From Saccharicrinis sp. UBA6048 (GTDB lineage: Bacteria > Bacteroidota > Bacteroidia > Bacteroidales > Marinilabiliaceae), in assembly GCA_002429115.1 (NCBI GenBank), contig DIYS01000015.1:1-32000 (forward strand): 32,000 nt of DNA. The letters run 5' to 3'. How positions within the stretch are numbered: the first letter of the stretch is position 1; the number at the start of each line of letters is the position of its first letter. This document shows positions 29,044 to 32,000 of this stretch, piece after piece. Below the pieces are notes generated by a model, which worked only from the letters and a program-made list of their open reading frames with translations, searched no databases and had not been told where the DNA came from. The translations under genes and the position numbers were made by a program.

Positions 29044-30297
29044 TTATTTCTCTAGTTGCCGGTATAGTTCGAGCAGCTCACTATTCTCAAAAACATCAGG
29101 CGATTCTTCAGTCATCATTTCGTACAAACTTAATGAAGCATCAAATACGGGTGTTTTTTCAAGAAAATGGGCATGCGTATAGTTGAGATACTTCACAACT
29201 CTAAAAGCGCTAAAAACTTCATAAAAACGCTTTTTAAACACTTTCAATGAGCTGCAATTCGAATTAATGTTTTGTAATACTCTGAAGAAATCGGAATTAA
29301 CCAGGTAACTTCTCATTCTTCCACTCAACTGATGCACAAAATCATCGATTGCATCCTCAGTGATCTGATAAAGTTGATCTTTAATAGCCAGGAACTCCTT
29401 CAAATCAATAAAAGCCTGCAAATTGTAAGTCAAATACTCTTCGCCTGAATTGATGATTGTATTCACCGATGGTCCGGTTCCGAATGGAACACGATCAGAA
29501 ATACGTGATGATGGATATACGCAACAACTGTTTATTCTGGATACCTTCCCAAGCTGAATCGCCTTTTGAAGAAAATAGAAATCCTCACCAGCCTGCTTTC
29601 TTGGCATTCCTCCGGCTCTTACATAGGCATCGGCTGTAATTGCAAAACATGATCCAACCGTATGAATAGCTATATGAAATCCACTAAACAACAAAGCTTG
29701 CAGATAATATCGCAAATGTAATTCATATTGCGCGATGGCATCATAGGTATCATCATCAAAATCACCACCTATAGGATGCTCAAAATAGATGGTTGCCACA
29801 TCTGCCCCTTCTGTGTCAAATGCATCTTGTACTTCATTAAAATAGTTGTCCGATATACTTGAATCAGCATCCAACGAGCAGATAATACCCCTTGTATCCT
29901 GAACTTTCGCAAAACAATAGGCCGCATAATCCATTCCTGTTTTACGCGCATGACCAACGCCAGCGTGTTTTTTAGGAATATCATAATCTTCCAGAAGTGT
30001 CATTTGCAATTGAGGCTGATCGCTTATTAAGTCCAATTCAACCTGTCTTTTTAATGCATGCTGGCGTGCTTTATTTTCCTCCGTATCCTGATCGGAATAA
30101 TTAAAAACCAGAATTAACTCAAGAACTAAATTGGTATTGCGAATAGATTCATAGACGCTATTGATCGTTTTAAACAGATAATCTTCTTCCAAATATACCG
30201 GAATAACCATTTTGATATCGGAACGAACAGTCCTCCCGATTTTTATAGTGTGCTTATCAAAATACTTGGTAAAATGTTTGTCCATGACTCTTAACAT
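29044..30297 (-). CDS. Family 2 glycosyltransferase
   Basis: VIPVYLEEDYLFKTINSVYES, GVGHARKTGMDYAA, ICSLDADSSISDNYF, VGSCFAITADAYVRAGGMPRKQAGEDFYFLQKAIQLGKV. Confidence 0.85.
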   Translation of the reverse strand: MLRVMDKHFTKYFDKHTIKIGRTVRSDIKMVIPVYLEEDYLFKTINSVYESIRNTNLVLELILVFNYSDQDTEENKARQHALKRQVELDLISDQPQLQMTLLEDYDIPKKHAGVGHARKTGMDYAAYCFAKVQDTRGIICSLDADSSISDNYFNEVQDAFDTEGADVATIYFEHPIGGDFDDDTYDAIAQYELHLRYYLQALLFSGFHIAIHTVGSCFAITADAYVRAGGMPRKQAGEDFYFLQKAIQLGKVSRINSCCVYPSSRISDRVPFGTGPSVNTIINSGEEYLTYNLQAFIDLKEFLAIKDQLYQITEDAIDDFVHQLSGRMRSYLVNSDFFRVLQNINSNCSSLKVFKKRFYEVFSAFRVVKYLNYTHAHFLEKTPVFDASLSLYEMMTEESPDVFENSELLELYRQLEK

Positions 30298-30372
30298 CAG
30301 ATCATTTGTTTCAAAAGTAAAAAAGGCAGAAATCTTCCGACTTCTGCCCTTTTCAAATATTTTAATTTCTTA

Positions 30373-30975
30373 CTACTTCGCTGCAGCGTGACGCGCATTT
30401 AACGCCTCTAATATTTCATGTGTAATATCTACACCTTCAGCTCCGTACAATACATTGTCTCCTAATGTATTACTCAAGATAACTTTATACGCTTTCTTCT
30501 GCGTGTATACATCCAGGTAATTCATTAATGTATCACGTAGCTGGGCATTTAGTTTGTTCTGCTCTGTTTGCAACTCACGAACTAATTTCTGCTCTAGTAA
30601 CTGTAGTTCCTGCTCTGCCTTCGCCAAACGTTGCTGCTCTTTTTGCGCACGTTCCATGCTAAGAAAGGCATTGTTTTGAACTTTACGTTGAAACTCTACA
30701 GCATCCTCCTGGAAAACCTTTGCTTTCTCGTTAAAATCAGCTCTTGAAGCTTCTTCTTTAGCAATTAATTGCTCATTAACTTCCTTAGCAAAAGAATAGT
30801 TTAATAAAAGCGAATCGGTATTGATATATGCTATTGGAAATAACTCACCTTCACTGACTGCACTGCCGGCAGCTTCGTTTGAATTATCAGATCCTTTTTG
30901 CGAAAAATGCAATACAAATAATATAATTACAGCAATTAATAAAACGCCATTCAACACTGTTGATAATTGTTTCAT
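30373..30975 (-). CDS. OmpH/Skp-family periplasmic chaperone
   Basis: Signal/TM, IAYINTDSLLLNYSFAKEV, long Gln/Glu-rich coiled coil, YLDVYTQKKAYKVILSNTLGDNVLYGAEGVDITHEILEALNA. Confidence 0.9.
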   Translation of the reverse strand: MKQLSTVLNGVLLIAVIILFVLHFSQKGSDNSNEAAGSAVSEGELFPIAYINTDSLLLNYSFAKEVNEQLIAKEEASRADFNEKAKVFQEDAVEFQRKVQNNAFLSMERAQKEQQRLAKAEQELQLLEQKLVRELQTEQNKLNAQLRDTLMNYLDVYTQKKAYKVILSNTLGDNVLYGAEGVDITHEILEALNARHAAAK

Positions 30976-31181
30976 ACTCTCCCTAGTGAAATTTAACCTT
31001 TATTTTTTATGGACAACAAATATAAGTGATTACCCTACATATAAAAATATTTGTCCATATTTTTTAGATGATTCAATAAGAATGTTTAAACAAAAAATCG
31101 ATTAAGCTTGTTAAGCCTAACCGCCTTGTATTATGACCTGAATTCAATGAAAAACCTAAACTCAGGTAAGAAATGTTTATT

Positions 31182-32000
31182 TTAAAAAATAGTCCGTGAA
31201 CGGCGTCTGTACTTTGAGCCTGACGAACCTGTCATACCTGGTGCACTGCATGGTATAGCTCCTCTTGATTTTTTCTTTTTAACTGATGTATTAAAGCGCC
31301 ATGTCAAAGTTAATTCATTGGCTCCATTACTATAGCCCGATAGTTCTGAAAGTGTCCAGTCATAACTATAACCCAAACGGGCATTCCCTAAGTTTATGCC
31401 AAGAATAAAAATAAGTCCGTCTTGATTTTCGAGCCCACCTCCGGATGCAAATGGTATTCCACGATACCACAACCCTAATTCCATCGGGTTTATATACCAA
31501 TAAGTACCAATATCAAGTTGACTAAAATGTGCTTGCATCCGGTAATTAAAGGCCAACGTTATACTTTGCTCATCACTTCGGCGCATTCTATCTTTATACC
31601 TATACTTATAACCACCGTAAACAGCTGTTCTAAAGTCATTAAATGACTCCATATCTGTGGCAGCAATATCATTCTTTACAATATTATGAAAGCCTACTCC
31701 AAACCAGAAATCATCACTATATATCATGGCAGAAGCCGCCGCATCAAACTGACTGTGATTAAACTCCTGATTGTCGACACTACCACTTGGAATACTTCCA
31801 CCTTCACTCCCCTGATCAGAAGGAAATATTGCATTTAACAAGTCCAGATTACGCTCTTTATACATAAATTCAATGCCCGGTCGCACATAGAGGCCACGCA
31901 TTACTTCAATTTCGTAAGCGTATAAAAGACTAATATCCTGACGAACCAATAAACCATTACCAGCATCATCACGCATGATCAGAAGACCTAAACCACTGCT
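31182..32000 (-). CDS. PorP/SprF family type IX secretion system membrane protein, truncated at window right edge
   Basis: Frame stays open to position 32000 (SSGLGLLIMRDDAGNGLLVRQDISLLYAYEIEVMRGLYVRPGIEFMYKERN...); LGINLGNARLGYSYDWTLSELSGYSNGANELTLTWRF is a typical C-terminal signature. Confidence 0.9.
   Translation of the reverse strand, partial: SSGLGLLIMRDDAGNGLLVRQDISLLYAYEIEVMRGLYVRPGIEFMYKERNLDLLNAIFPSDQGSEGGSIPSGSVDNQEFNHSQFDAAASAMIYSDDFWFGVGFHNIVKNDIAATDMESFNDFRTAVYGGYKYRYKDRMRRSDEQSITLAFNYRMQAHFSQLDIGTYWYINPMELGLWYRGIPFASGGGLENQDGLIFILGINLGNARLGYSYDWTLSELSGYSNGANELTLTWRFNTSVKKKKSRGAIPCSAPGMTGSSGSKYRRRSRTIF

Overview
Bacteroidota chromosomal window (type IX secretion proteins, Bacteroidota-type TAnnTTTG promoters, DUF5103, DUF6261-like genes). 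Mostly housekeeping content. The largest block is a complete Na+-translocating NADH:quinone reductase operon (nqrA-F, minus strand, 15.0-21.0 kb), with apbE at 6.6-7.6 kb. Other genes: a fused alpha/beta 2-oxoacid dehydrogenase E1 (missing from the ORF track because it runs off the left edge), two tandem paralogous PAS-like/LuxR-HTH regulators, a GH2 beta-galactosidase, a GH63-like glycosidase, a TPR-HTH regulator, three T9SS-related or outer-membrane genes, pruA, a KdkA/WaaP-like kinase, an FtsB/DivIC-like protein, a family 2 glycosyltransferase and an OmpH/Skp chaperone. The most unusual region is a ~2.7 kb islet (about 22.4-25.2 kb) between the T9SS plug gene and pruA. It holds an orphan 428-aa ORF, a six-unit array of 18-bp dyad-containing repeats (TAACTA-AA-TAGTTA core) at start-to-start distances of 42,42,42,42,38 bp, and a DUF6261-like gene bracketed by a 17-nt gapped inverted repeat. 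Related half-sites occur upstream of the orphan ORF. Second most interesting are two near-identical long hairpins at ~7.69 and ~14.95 kb; the two differences in the second copy are both G-U compatible on the minus strand. No tRNA, rRNA, bona fide CRISPR or transposase was recognised.
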